A DNA stretch of 64,000 bases. Source: Antedon mediterranea. Lineage: Eukaryota > Animalia > Echinodermata. The notes beneath the pieces were generated by a model. The model ran no database searches. It was not told the origin of the DNA and saw only the letters and a list, made by a program, of their open reading frames with translations. Positions 1 through 12,221 of the stretch are shown here, piece by piece. Where the stretch lies: contig NC_092671.1 of NCBI RefSeq assembly GCF_964355755.1, positions 2,108,001-2,172,000 of the forward strand. The letters are read 5' to 3'. A program made the translations under genes and the position numbers. Position 1 is the stretch's first letter. Each line of letters starts with the position of its first letter.

Positions 1-56
1 AATACTAAATTTTAAACTCCTCTGCCTAGGCCTAGCCTAGCCATGTATGGGAAAAT

Positions 57-325
57 TTACAGTTCGTTTTCAAATTGCGCAAAGGTGTCATATTGCGCAA
101 GAACTATCTTGCGCAATTTACAAATTGTGCAGCGCAATTTAAAATTGCGCAAAGATTTTCTTGCGCAATTTGAAATTGCGCAAGTTGATTGCGCAATTTG
201 AAATTGCGCAAAAAAATCCTTGCGCAATTTTAAATTGCGCAAGAATTATTTGCGCAATTTCAAATTGCGCAAGGATTTTTTTGCGCAATTTCAAATTGCG
301 CAAATCGTTCAAATCGCGCATAACA
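57..325. repeat. Array of palindromic TTGCGCAA units, probably the core of a non-autonomous element
   Basis: About 14 copies of TTGCGCAA at ~15-nt spacing, alternating as AAATTGCGCAAG and TTGCGCAATTT; the array ends in ...GCATAACA. It explains the spurious ORFs at 57-445. Confidence 0.8.
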
Positions 326-732
326 AGTACACTACTACTCAACTGTCACTCTGTCAGTCATTTTGTTCCTCGCGATACTTCGTACCAATGGGACTGCCTA
401 GCTAGCTATAGCCCTTTAGTTGGTACCACTCCACCTACTATCTAGGCCACTACAGTACTGCTACTAGGTACAAAATTGGCAAATAATAGTATAGAAATGC
501 CAATCAATAATATACTAGGCTAGGCCTAATAAACACTCAATATTATTCATATTAATGATTGATAACATACATAACAACAATATGAATGATAAAAAATGTA
601 TTTATTTTATTCCAATTTTTATGATGAAACAACATCAATTTTTCACTTACAAAAATGTAAATTTGTTACTGATACTGTAGGCACATTCAGTATTCTATAG
701 TAATAACACAAATGATTGGTTAATTACTCTAG

Positions 733-3700
733 GACCATTTAGAGCTACCAAGATATGGCACGATATCATAAAAGAAATTCATGACAAAGTTACTCCAAAG
801 CGCCACCGTCATTTGATGAAAACGTATGAAAATTGTTTCTCTGGAACGGAAGTAACTGATGTTCTTGAGAAGTACTTGAAAGAAAATGGTAGTTTTGAAG
901 AAATAGTTCCAAGAGACAAGTCCATCAAATTAGCACAGGTATAAAATAGATGAAATTAACAATTAAAATTGTATGATGAAATATATGTGTTTTATATATC
1001 GTTGTTTGCCACTGTAGTGCAGTAAGATAATAACTTGTCTTAAGGGTCTTTCACATTGCAAATCAAATCAAACGTCAATGTTTAATTTTCACTTATATCG
1101 ATTTGCACAGGGAGTGTTGTAAAAACCAAACACAGACATTTGTTTTGCCGGCGCTTGACCAGAACTGTGTCGGAACAGGTGTGACACTGACAGACCATTT
1201 AACCTTGAAAAATGTACTACTATAGTATCCAGTACATCTTCACAAATATATATATATATACGCGATTATGAGATCATGTTCCGAATATGAGCACTGTTTC
1301 TATAATTTACAGTATGATTTATGCACTTGTCAATTGTATGACCCACTATACGACCCCCGGGAGAGGTGCGTCATTTGTCCGATGTGCGTCATACCTTTGA
1401 ATACCATGACGCACCCGTTAAAAATGTGACTTTTAGGTGACCATGACGCACCCATTTTGACGCACCCATTTTGACGCACTGTGACCATGTTGTTTATGAT
1501 ATGGTGGGTGGTAAAGTGACGGACATTGACACACCTTGTTCATTGATGTGACGTACCATCTAGGTTTTTTGACGCACCCCTGCGTCAGTAATTATTTGTA
1601 AATGACTCACCCATGACGCACTTCTCCCGGGGGTTGTATAGTGGGTCATACAATTGACAAGTGCATTATATATATATATATACTGTATATGTTTTTTATT
1701 TAAATATGTTGTATTTTATGTAAATTCTGTACACAGCAAAAGCCAGGCATTACTATCATAACATATTCAATTTTAGATTCTTCAAAACTTTTATTTGTAT
1801 TGATAGCTTTTGTTAGATGCTAAGGTATTTCTGGAAACCACAACAGTTGGCCAAGTAGTAAAGAAAGCTACATTCTCTGATAGTAACTCTCAATTTTATC
1901 GGTAAGTACAATTTGATCCAGGATTTTGAAATGGGTGGGGGGGGGGGGGGACTGGTGTGATGGTGGGGGTGGAAACTTAAAAATGGTTAAATAAAGTGCT
2001 GTACTTATGTCTTATCTTTTAAATTGTAATTTTCATATAGGTTTGTTGAATCAGATTCAGGAACCAAATGTTGCAAAAGAAAAAGGTAGGATAAGATGTT
2101 TATATATAAACTATTTTTGTATATCTCTCAATAATTGTATTTTGTGTCTTTTATGTGTAAACTGACTTTGGGGTTCGGTCAACCAATTCAGCTACAGTGA
2201 TTAAGTTCACTTAGGTTGACCCTGGTCTCCCCAATTTCAGTTTTTGTATATACTGAAATAGACTAATAATAATGAATAAATTATGAGATGAAATAAGATT
2301 ATTATTTTCTTAAGTATATCGTACAAGTAACTGCTTTTTTCTAAATTAATAGTCTTAATAATATAAAAAAATAATGCTAACATTTGTCAACAGAATCTCT
2401 TAAAATTTAATTTAAGATTAAATTTGTCTTCTTATTAAGATCAACACAAATATAAAATTGATTTTAAAATCTTAATCGTGATGTAGAGAAAGTGATGCAT
2501 TAGATTTAGAGATGCAAACACCAAGTAAGTCACGCTGTACCTGTGCTAAAGAGAACCTATCTAGATCATCTGATCCTGCAAGGCAAGCAGAGATGTTGTG
2601 CAATCCATCAGTAAGTGGTGACAGGGTTCTGAGAGGGAGCCATCGGTATCTGCAGAGAGCTGCCAGCAAGTCCAAGAGATATCACAAGCCAAAAGTTATG
2701 CCTCCATATCGTAAGTTAAACATATGACCATGTCCAGAATGACTTTTAGACTCAATAGCTGTATAGTCGCAAAGCCCATGGTTAAAGCAAAAAGTAGCTA
2801 TACTATTAATATTTGTAGCCTATAATCGTTTACAATGATAAAGTGCTTGATTTTTGTGTTTGTTATTTTCAGTTAAAGAAGAAATATGGCGAGAATCCAC
2901 AATCCAGCATTTGTTAAAGCTTGTTGAATTCCCAATACTCGATAACCTCTTGTCATGTGACATTAGCCAATCATGTCCCGGGTCAGATGATGTCATTGGA
3001 ATTTCCTCATTAGAACAAACGTTTAGGGAAAGTTGTAAAAGGTATGTCCATAATCATGTATCATTTAAAGCTCAGGTACAGGCATGAATTTTAAATATAA
3101 TATCTGATTAATTGTACATATATCAAATATTTGTAACAGAAATCAAGATGAAAAAACATGAATTTCCCTTAATATGGTCAAATACAAAATTTGACAAAAT
3201 TCTGCCATAAAAACCAGGAAGACTTTTTTTCAGTAGTTAGGTAGTTTAACCTACTATAATAACATGTCTGGTGAAAAAAGATGGTGGATATACGGTAGAT
3301 AATTTTTGCTGTAGCATAAAAATGAAAATCTGAAGTTGAAAAAATACCAGAAATGTAAAATTCAAGTTATATTACCTAGTCATCTGACAACATTTTTTAC
3401 CACACCGTTTATTTTTCATAGCTTTTTAAAATGCCTTTCTACAAAATTTGTTTGCCCGCACCTGGCCTTTAAAATAATTTTCTGAAAGCCTTTTGGGCAC
3501 ACATTTTTTCAGGACTGTGCACTAGTAGTATGAATTGCATTTTAAAATCTCACTTTTTTTTTTGGAAAAATTTGTTTTAGCCCGGTTGATTCCTGGATGT
3601 CAGCCGCATTTTCTTGTCTAGAGCATCATCCCAACGGCAACGTCATTACTAAAACTTGTGTGGAAAACGAAAACATTATAGAACCAAAGACCACAAAACA

Positions 3701-6159
3701 TGCCAGGAAAATCCTTCTCTTTGATGAGCTTGTTAAATCCTACAGTAACAAGAAGTCGCCGCTTTTACCTGCTAAGTGCTCAGAGGTGTTAGTCATTGTC
3801 GTGAAGTTATTGGCGTCTGGGAAGCTGAGACTAGCTCTTGAAGTCTTACAACTTTGCATGATAATGCTTAGCTATGATAGCTGTGAGCAACTACGACATT
3901 TATTGAATTTTATGTCACATGCTGGCAGTAGGGATGCAGTACGTTTACGATTTGAGGTGAGTCAGTCCATTTCATTTTCATCCTATTCAGTGGGAATGCT
4001 CACTGTGAGGTGTTTGTGTAATGTGAGTGTCCAGTTAAATATTCCTATAGTAATCAATATAAATTGTTTTTATCAGTTGGACAACCGATCCACAGTGTGC
4101 CGCAGCTTCACGTCTGCCATTATAAAGACAGCATGTCTGACATCAACCCAGTGTAACTATCTAGTGGGCTTCATGATGGATCACAATGAGAAGCTGTTTA
4201 CTATTCCACAAGCTGTGAAAAAATCAGTTGAAGAGAGGACCAAAAAGTGGAAAAATGGAGAGGAGGATTTAAGTGAAGGTAATTGGAGGTTTTAGAGGCG
4301 ATATTGGAGACTCACTCGAAAGCAGTAACAAGCAGTAACAATTTGGCCTTGACTCTTCTTAAAATATAAATACTACATAATGCCAAATAAATACACTCTC
4401 CCAATACCGGACTTTTCTTGAGTGCCAAAACTTAAAAGGTCCTAAATTCTTATTTACGATTAAAAACCATTCAGAATATCAGACATAATAACCCAGTATT
4501 GGGAGAGTTGACTTGATTAGACTGAGATATTATACAAAACATTCATTATAGTGATAATAATCACAAATGTTCTTAACCCAGTATTGGGAGAGTTGACTTG
4601 ATTAGACTGAGATATTATACAAAACATTCATTATAGTGATAATATTCACAAATGTTCTTACTGAATTTAAATCAGTAAATTGTATCTAACTAGATGGTAC
4701 GCTCGCTTCGCTCGCGTACCATCTAGGTCGTGCCCACAGATGGTTCTCGAATACACAGTAATTTCAGCGTAAAAAATGTACGTATCGCAGGACTATAGTA
4801 CATTGTCATTTACAGAAACGAATAAATAGACAGGATGATTTATGTAAAATTAGCACCCTGGGAATTAGGCCTTGTCTTAAAAATGAGTCCAATTTTTTTA
4901 TCTGAACTCATTTAAACAAACCCAATTTGTGTTTTGTATATAACATTAGAGTTGAGGGATGGGGAAGAAAATGGGAAGAAAAATTCTTTAATATATTCTC
5001 TATCCACTCAGTAACGAAATATTGTTTTAAATGTTTTATAGGCCTATTAATAATATACCACTAAACACAGTAAAACATTTACGATTTATAATGCTTTTTT
5101 AAAACTTTCCGTGTTATACGGTAGTCGACCGAAATAGTAAAGTACATAACGATACACTACTACGACGTTTATATTTTTTTATAATTATTAATTACTACAA
5201 ACGTTGAGAAGCAACTGTCAGTAATCTACCCACAGTCAAAGTAATAAATGTTCTTTGTATATTTTGTTTATATATCTAACAGTAACCACATTCACAGTAA
5301 GACAATTTAGATTCAAATGGCGAACAAAATTGGTTAATACGTACAGTATTTACAATATTGTCAAAGTATTGCAATACTATATATAAGTTTTATTCTCCAC
5401 GGGCCCATAAATTTACCTACTTTTGTTAAACCAATGGCTCATAAATTTACCTACAAACTGGGAGTCTGAGAGATTGAATGTTCCATTCATCGCAAATCAA
5501 TACATTTGTTTAAACGTATATTAAATCTATCAAAATAGTATTTTTTAAAGAAAATCGGCCTGTCTTCAACATTATGATGCTGTACTCGAGCTGTTCAACC
5601 GGTTTTTAGCCATTAAAAACAATTATCGTAGGAGGAGATAGGAAAATGCGAAGCATCCTCGTATTATCGTCTGCGGGTATTTTTCAAGACGGACATCCAT
5701 TAGACAGTGTATACCACGATCGAAAAACACCCCTATTTGGGGCAAATCGTTGAACCTAAATTCGTTTTAATCATCAATAACTAATTATCGAACTCAATTT
5801 AATTAGTAAACAGGGTTACATCAGGCGGTTAAAATCAGTACCGAAAGTACGAACCAACTTTATATACCATCGAGTAAACATTCTAGAAATAACGCGCGAT
5901 TTACTGAATTTTGCCCTTACGTAAATTTATATATAGATAATTTTCTTTCATCTTTGCAGTGAATCAATTCTGTGTAAGAATATCTGTGAAAGAATTCTAT
6001 GAGCAAGGCATAACAGCTACTGACAGTGGGTTAAAAGAACTAATGAATAAAATAATAGATGATACCAGCCTTCCACTCAAAGAGAAGAAACAACGTCTTA
6101 AACAGCTCCAGAAACACCATCAAACAATTTATGATAAGCATTTTCCAAATATGCTATAA
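733..6159 (+). CDS. DEP domain-containing protein, DEPDC4/DEPDC7-like (DEP + RhoGAP-like); 5' partial, spliced
   Basis: GT-AG exons with consistent phases: 733-938 (PFRATKIWHDII...YENCFSGTEVTDVL...PRDKSIKLAQ), 1807-1901 (LLLDAKVF...FSDSNSQFYR), 2041-2085, 2487-2710, 2872-3041 (EEIWRESTIQHLLKLVEFPILDNLL), 3581-3956, 4077-4278, 5960-6159 (FCVRIS...LMNKIIDDTSLPLKEKKQRLKQLQKHH, TAA). Motifs recall the DEPDC1/4/7 family. The first exon seen starts in phase 1, so the start codon is upstream of the window. Confidence 0.85.
1322..1665. mobile_element. PIF/Harbinger (Tourist-like) MITE
   Basis: ~50-bp TIR TGCACTTGTCAATTGTATGACCCACTATAC... / ...GTATAGTGGGTCATACAATTGACAAGTGCA, with TTA on both sides (1319-1321, 1666-1668). 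Internal TGACGCAC repeats. Confidence 0.85.
4489..4658. repeat. 85-bp tandem duplication that includes the right end of a small CAGT-type MITE (~4392-4515)
   Basis: TAACCCAGTATTGGGAGAGTTGACTTGATTAG...CACAAATGTTCT occurs at 4489-4573 and 4574-4658. The MITE end matches the family copy at 44067-44238. Confidence 0.85.
4688..5902 (-). mobile_element. Helitron/Helentron-like non-autonomous element
   Basis: The minus-strand end is a 13-bp hairpin CTAGATGGTACGC-loop-GCGTACCATCTAG finishing in CTAG then TT. The interior is CpG-richer than the flanks. The far boundary is approximate. Confidence 0.45.
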
Positions 6160-6737
6160 GTGCTTATAACGAAGCTTTCGATTTTTGCGGTGACCTGGTA
6201 ACAAGCTTGATCAGTACAGGTCAATGTCTCATTGGTTAAAAACTGTGTCAAAGTGGGGAGCATGTCTGAATGAACAATGAATTCACATTACATAGTCGTC
6301 GCAAATCTGAAGCCCCCAATTGTTGTTAAGCCATGATATTCATTCGAATAAATTGATATAATCACATTTGGTCAAAATACAACTTAATTAATGATTGAAT
6401 TTATTTAATATTTCACATTTTGATGTTGATATTTGAAATTTATTTTTTTCATATAACCATAATGTATAATTAAAAAATGATTTGGTATTTATATACTGAA
6501 TGTACTAGTTTAATTTGTGGCCAAATGTACTATGCAAATATTTATGTAGAGAAAATGTACACGACCATATATGGAAATTGCCACTATTATAATTGCCAAT
6601 TACAATTTTTTTTAGATATCAAATCTTGTATATTTGCAAATTTGTGTAATCATTTGTCATTACATGTAAATAATCATAGTAATTTATCACTTAATTTTAC
6701 AGGGTGAGTTGTGTAGTAGACAACAATTTTCCCCTTA

Positions 6738-6861
6738 AGCTCTGTCTACACTATCAAATTTTATGTGACAAAAAAATGTGATGTGTCCATTAAACATGAT
6801 GACATCATATCACTACCATATTTGGGCACATAACACTTTTTTTGTCAAACTAGTTTGAGCC
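6738..6861. mobile_element. Harbinger-like MITE family A copy (internally deleted)
   Basis: Starts AGCTCTGTCTACACTATCAAA; TTA on both sides. Confidence 0.75.
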
Positions 6862-7713
6862 TTAGTATATGCATGTATTTTAGAATGTTCTTTTGTTTGT
6901 AAATAAGTCTGTAAATAGATGAATGATGGTAAAGAGAAATAAATTCTTTATGCCTAGCATACCCAAAGTTGTTGTATGTCATTATTAAAATACACAATGC
7001 AATAATATTACTTATTTTAAAAATGAAAAAGCAATTTGTAATTTATCACCAGGTGATTGTACAGCAAGGAGTTCTGTATTTCACCTGTACTGATTTAATA
7101 CCTGGAATGTTAACATCATCTCTAGTCTCAACACATTAGGCCTATATTCATATACTGTAAGGATATCCTACTGTAATACAGGCCTAATTCTATATATCCA
7201 TCTCATTCAGTACCAAAGTGGTTTCTGCACATTCGGTGGAAAAAGTATGTTAGCTGGTTGGACTGAGAACAACGGCAACACAGTATAATGAAAAGACTGT
7301 TACAGTGTAACCCAAAATGTGTTACTCTATGTCCTAAAAAGCAAAACTAATATTAGCACCGTTCAAGCTGGGGTCTCTTTTATTTCCTCTTTATCCATGT
7401 TAGAATGGCAAATTTGTATGCAAAATGTGTTTTTTAGACCAATTTCTTTGGAACTGTTGAATGCCGCATTCTCCAATTCTCTGCCTTTTTTACTACGTCA
7501 CATCAGGTCACAGAGTGGTTATTGCTGGCCGTTTACCTGTCCAATGGAAGGGTACTATCTAGTATGGTTGTAATAGTCCTTTTTTAATTGGACAGCTGTT
7601 ATTATTTCAATGCCTAATAATAAAAATAGCATCAGGTATACACAACCCAAACTATAGATACAGGTACTTTCAAGCTGAAGCATAAATAACTTGTACAATG
7701 TTTATTCATTGAT

Positions 7714-10700
7714 TCATATATCAAACTTGTCTGTACAAATGCTCTGGCCACTTTCTTCATATTCCTTCTTGCTGACACACATCTTGGATGAGAACTCATC
7801 TGACTTACTGATACACTTGCCGCCATGCCATGCGTATTCAACCGGGCTAGAAGAAAAACAGAAACTCTCCTTAATATAAACAATTTACACTGATTACGAA
7901 TACTGGTGTCTTTCCTATGATTGAGATGCCTTGGTCTTATTGGTACAAATTGGTCTTCAATTAGAGGTAATATTTAAGGCTCTGACTACACTATCAAACT
8001 AATTTGACAAAAATAAGTGTGATGTGCCCTATTATAGTGGTGATATGCTCAAATATGGTAGTGATATGACATTATCATGTCCATATATGGGTACATCACA
8101 TTTTTTTGTCACATAAAGTTTGATAGAGACAGAGCTAAAGAGTTTTAATTTTTGGACAGAACTATAATATTCAAACTTGATGTGCAATGTGAAATAAAAC
8201 AAAATGCTATTCAGTGGCAAACAGTACTTTTGACTGGAAAATAATGGAATGTCTTACTTTTTTGGTAGGAATACATTAACATGGTATTCTTGTGGTGCCA
8301 TTGAACGAACGTCACGCTCCACTCGTTCCCTAAATCCTGGAAACAATGTGTTTCCACCGGTCAAGACGATGTTATTGTAGAGGTGAGGATGCATTTCTAA
8401 ATAAATTTAAATCATTACAAATTAAAATCATTGATATATATATCAAAATATATAAACACAACAGGCACATGATTCTCAACCACCCTGAGATATACTGAAA
8501 TCTAATCAATTAATTTGAAACGATTGAAATGAGGAAATCTGTGAGAAGGAGAAAAGTCTCCCCAACCAAAATTCTAACCCGGAACCTTCTACTTGATATG
8601 CAGATGTCCTAACCATTAGACCACTGGGGATTAATATATATATATATATATAATACTGTTTATTGACTTTTTTGGATGCAAGATACACAGAGAACAACAT
8701 AATTAATATGGCTCTCATGTATAGTAATATTATTTTAAGAATATGGAAAATAGTTGGTGAAGTATTACTGTACCTTCAGGTGTGGCTGATATGGAGTCGA
8801 CGATGGCTTCAGACACACCCATCTCACGAATGGCGATGTCAGAAGGGTGGAACAGCACCTCTGGTGTTGTGAATCGCTCATTGTTCATTTTAACAATCTG
8901 GAAAAAATGTTCATATTTTTTAAGATATATTGTCCCCCTGAAAAATTTTTTTTAAAACACTTTGAAGATTTACCTGAAAAAACTGTAATTTAAAGGAAAA
9001 ATGTTTTTTTTTTTTAATTTACCAGTTTTGCTTTTTCATTTTATAAGTAAAGTGAAAACATTATTTTTTCGGTTTTTTTTCTACGGAAGAGATTAACTAC
9101 AAAATAAGTATGATTTTCATGTTAGCCTATTGTATGTCAGTATTTGATGGAAAGGGATGTTGAAAAAGAGTAGCAATAACGGCAGTACATTAAAGTTTAT
9201 TCTTTTAGGCAGTCTCAATGATAATATAATTATCAACATCATTGGTCTTGCCATTAATTGTATTTAAAAAACATCTAGTTAGTCAAACCTCACAGCAGAA
9301 ATAAGCAGAGGGGCCGAGCCGGAAAAGTAAGTAGTGGTTAGTCAAACCTGTTCGTGAGACTTTGTTGATGTAGACGGCTCTTTTACATAACCTCTCTTGA
9401 TTTGTGAGAAATCTGGCAGCACATAATCTCGGATTATTGTATTGTCTGGATATTTTAATCTGAAAAAAGTTCATAAATATTCAATTCAGGGCTAATTATC
9501 TCAAAGCTCTAGCATGGAGTGGAGATATTTAGGATTTTTAGTCAATTCTAATCATAGAACGGATTTGAAAACCCCAACCATCTAATTTCATTCAGGATGG
9601 AAAACTGTATCCAACAACGTACCTGGCAATCTCCATATCTTTATTGAATTGTAACGACACAAACGACACATCCTCTTTCACTTGATTGACCACGTACGTC
9701 TCGTCCATCACATGAAGTTGACGGTATGAAATGATCTCCTTTAGGTGGTTCGTTAATAATTTACCTCCAACATTTATTCTAAACAAAAAAATTAAGATCA
9801 TACTGATATTTATATTTAAAGTGTAAAGATACTGGATTGGATCAAAACAATTAAATCTGGAAGCAACCCTGGACTCATTCGTAAGTGTAAACAGAGTCAA
9901 AGATGATTACATTGGTTGTGGGATAATATTGATATTTGATTTAATAATTTTAATTTCCAAAGAGAATGCACATTTTTGACTCCTACACCAATCTACCTAG
10001 CTGAGTCTCTAGAACATGATTTAGTTTACCATCAATGTCCTACCTTCTAACAGCATGTTTGATCTTCTTTTTGCCATAGTATGGTGCAATATGTGTGAAT
10101 GAGTAGCCACTATCAACAACCAAACAACATTTATCTTCTTTATCATCATGCAGTCTTTTATAAGAACTTAGTGATCCAGCTGACAAAGACAAAATAAAAA
10201 AAATGAAAGAAAAAGAATTAGTTTAACCTCTCTCAACTAAATCAAGTTAAAAAACCCTAAAGCTCTGTCTACACTATCAAACTTTATACGACAAAAAAAT
10301 GTGATGCGCCTATAAACATGATGATGTCATATCACTACCATATTTGGGAATATCACTACCATATTTGTGCACATCACACTTTCTTTATCAAACTAGCCTG
10401 ATAGTGTAGACAGAGTTTTATTTTATTACATTGCCTAATTACCATTTGTTCTGAGAATTGCATCAAACTTGTATTCCTCAAAGAATATTTCATTCATTGC
10501 TTCTTGTATGGACACAAAGTTAAAGTAAGGTTCAGTGATGACTATTGACGTGTCTGAGAAGTCTACGTTCATCACGTCTTTACCAAACACGTAATCCCAC
10601 ACCTGGCGTTGTACATCCCAGTTCACCAAATAGCCCTGAAATATAATATACAATTCCTCAGTTAATGACATGTAATACAATTGGTGCTAATACACTTTTG

Positions 10701-11436
10701 CACCTACTACACTGTACCTTGGGCATCTTTAAGATTAGTGTGTCCCATTCAACAACAGGTTAATGTCACTTTTTCAACCTTAGTTTAGTGTTTCATTCAA
10801 CCATTCCTTAACTTTTAAGATAGTCTTGGTTGGTAAAATGTGTACTAATCCATAAATACAATCGGTCTTTAAATAATAAAATAAACTTAACTCACTTTCT
10901 GAAAAGGCAGAACATAGTAGAGAGAAGAGAGGTCCTTACAATCATCTATTTGACTTCCAATAAACTGCTTTCTTCTTTCACTTTTTGCTTTCATGATGCA
11001 GTTTGGAAAGCAGCTTAACATTTATCAATACAAAAACCAACAAAATAAATTGTTTATACTTAATGCTCCACAACATGATGGACCATCGATCCGTGAATGG
11101 ATACAATTTTAAAAAATGAAATTAATAACTACGAAAAAAAACATAGATAGATTTTCATTAATAAATAACAAAACGTATAAATTTCATGAAAAAAAAATCA
11201 CCTGGTCGACTTAATATTGAAATTTATTTTTCTAGGCCGGCTCATACCCTAGTTTATATTCAAGCTATTCTATACGCAAATATTGCAATGAAGGTGCCTC
11301 ATATTTTATAATCTACCGTGCGGATCTTCCACAGTCTGGCCTACTAGACATTATCAGATACTTACTTTGGTTTCTCAGAAGTTGACCGACCAATTTTTGC
11401 TTGATATGCTCCATTATCTAATATTAATGTAGTCAT
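7714..11436 (-). CDS. ACTR6: Actin-related protein 6 (SRCAP/SWR1 subunit), 9 exons, ~393 aa
   Basis: Exons 11436-11366 ([16 protein letters not shown]), 11013-10896 (LYYVLPFQK), 10635-10443 ([19 protein letters not shown]...TEPYFNF), 10179-10044 ([12 protein letters not shown]), 9778-9623 ([25 protein letters not shown]), 9459-9348 (DYVLPDFS), 8897-8774 ([16 protein letters not shown]), 8396-8258, 7846-7714 (PVEYAWHGG...KFDI, TGA). Total 1182 nt with consistent phases. Confidence 0.97.
7978..8136. mobile_element. Harbinger-like MITE family A copy
   Basis: GGCTCTGACTACACTATCAAACT ... AGTTTGATAGAGACAGAGCT, in the last ACTR6 intron. Confidence 0.75.
8460..8630 (-). mobile_element. tRNA-derived SINE (Asp/Glu-like head), degenerate
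   Basis: Minus strand reads TCCCCAGTGGTCTAATGGTTAGGACATCTGCATATCAAGTAGAAGGTTCCGGGTTAGAATTTTGGTTGGGGAG, with an A-box-like TGGTCTAATGG and a decayed B box, then a non-tRNA tail. It sits between TA-rich runs. Confidence 0.55.
10261..10417. mobile_element. Harbinger-like MITE family A copy (near full length)
   Basis: TIR AGCTCTGTCTACACTATCA / TGATAGTGTAGACAGAG; internal ATCACTACCATATTTGG repeat. Confidence 0.8.
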
Positions 11437-11650
11437 TATGTTTCAATATGATTTAAAGTAAATTTAATGTATTTATTCAAACGAAAACGAACACATTTCT
11501 TTCTTCTATTCATTCATTCACGTTTCCCTCCTCCTCTTGTTTTTTTTTTTTAGGAAAGTGTGTGAGCGCCCTCAATTTAATCTGAGAATTGTTTTGATGG
11601 TCGACATACGACGATGATCAGAATGACGAGATAGACGTTCGAGGTTTGTT
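11437..11650. promoter_or_regulatory. Probable bidirectional promoter (ACTR6 / giantin-like)
   Basis: The ACTR6 ATG at 11436 (-) and a putative non-coding first exon of the golgin ending at GAG|GTTTGT (~11643, +) are about 200 bp apart. Local CpG enrichment. Confidence 0.5.
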
Positions 11651-12221
11651 TTAGAACTTTGATTTACTTGTTTATCGATGATCAATTTGCCTTAAAATAC
11701 ATGCTATATTATTAATCTATTCATATAGTTTTTATTTTCAGTGCTTTCTTTAAAAACCATCCACTAAATTCTTAATTAAAGTGAACTAAGCGTAGGCTAT
11801 GCCACATGCTACATACTACGACACGGCTGCCTATCTCCTATCTATTCTGTTACAACGTGTCAGGAGGTGAGCAGCTTTGTGATTGACTCACTTTCTGAAC
11901 AAGGCCAGTAGTTGGGCTTCTCACTAGCCTAGCCTGATAGACTGTAGGGAAGGGAAAAAAGGAATATTTCTGGACGCTACTGTACTTTCGCACCTGACCA
12001 AATTGTTAAAACATTAACCCGCTGCGCAGCGATGAGTGTGAGTGATCGTAAAGTTAGTTAATGTTGATTTTTAGGAAGAATATAATAAATATCATCTCTC
12101 TGTAATTATTATAGTAACATATACTCCTATATAATTTAATATACAGTAGTAATAATATTGTAAATGTATTTTATTTATAAATAGGATATTGATCAATATT
12201 CCTGAAGCCAGATTCTAGAGG

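Noticed and set aside
8559-8630. Functional tRNA-Asp/Glu gene
   Set aside because: The B box/T-loop is degenerate (GGTTAGAATT) and it continues into a SINE-like tail.
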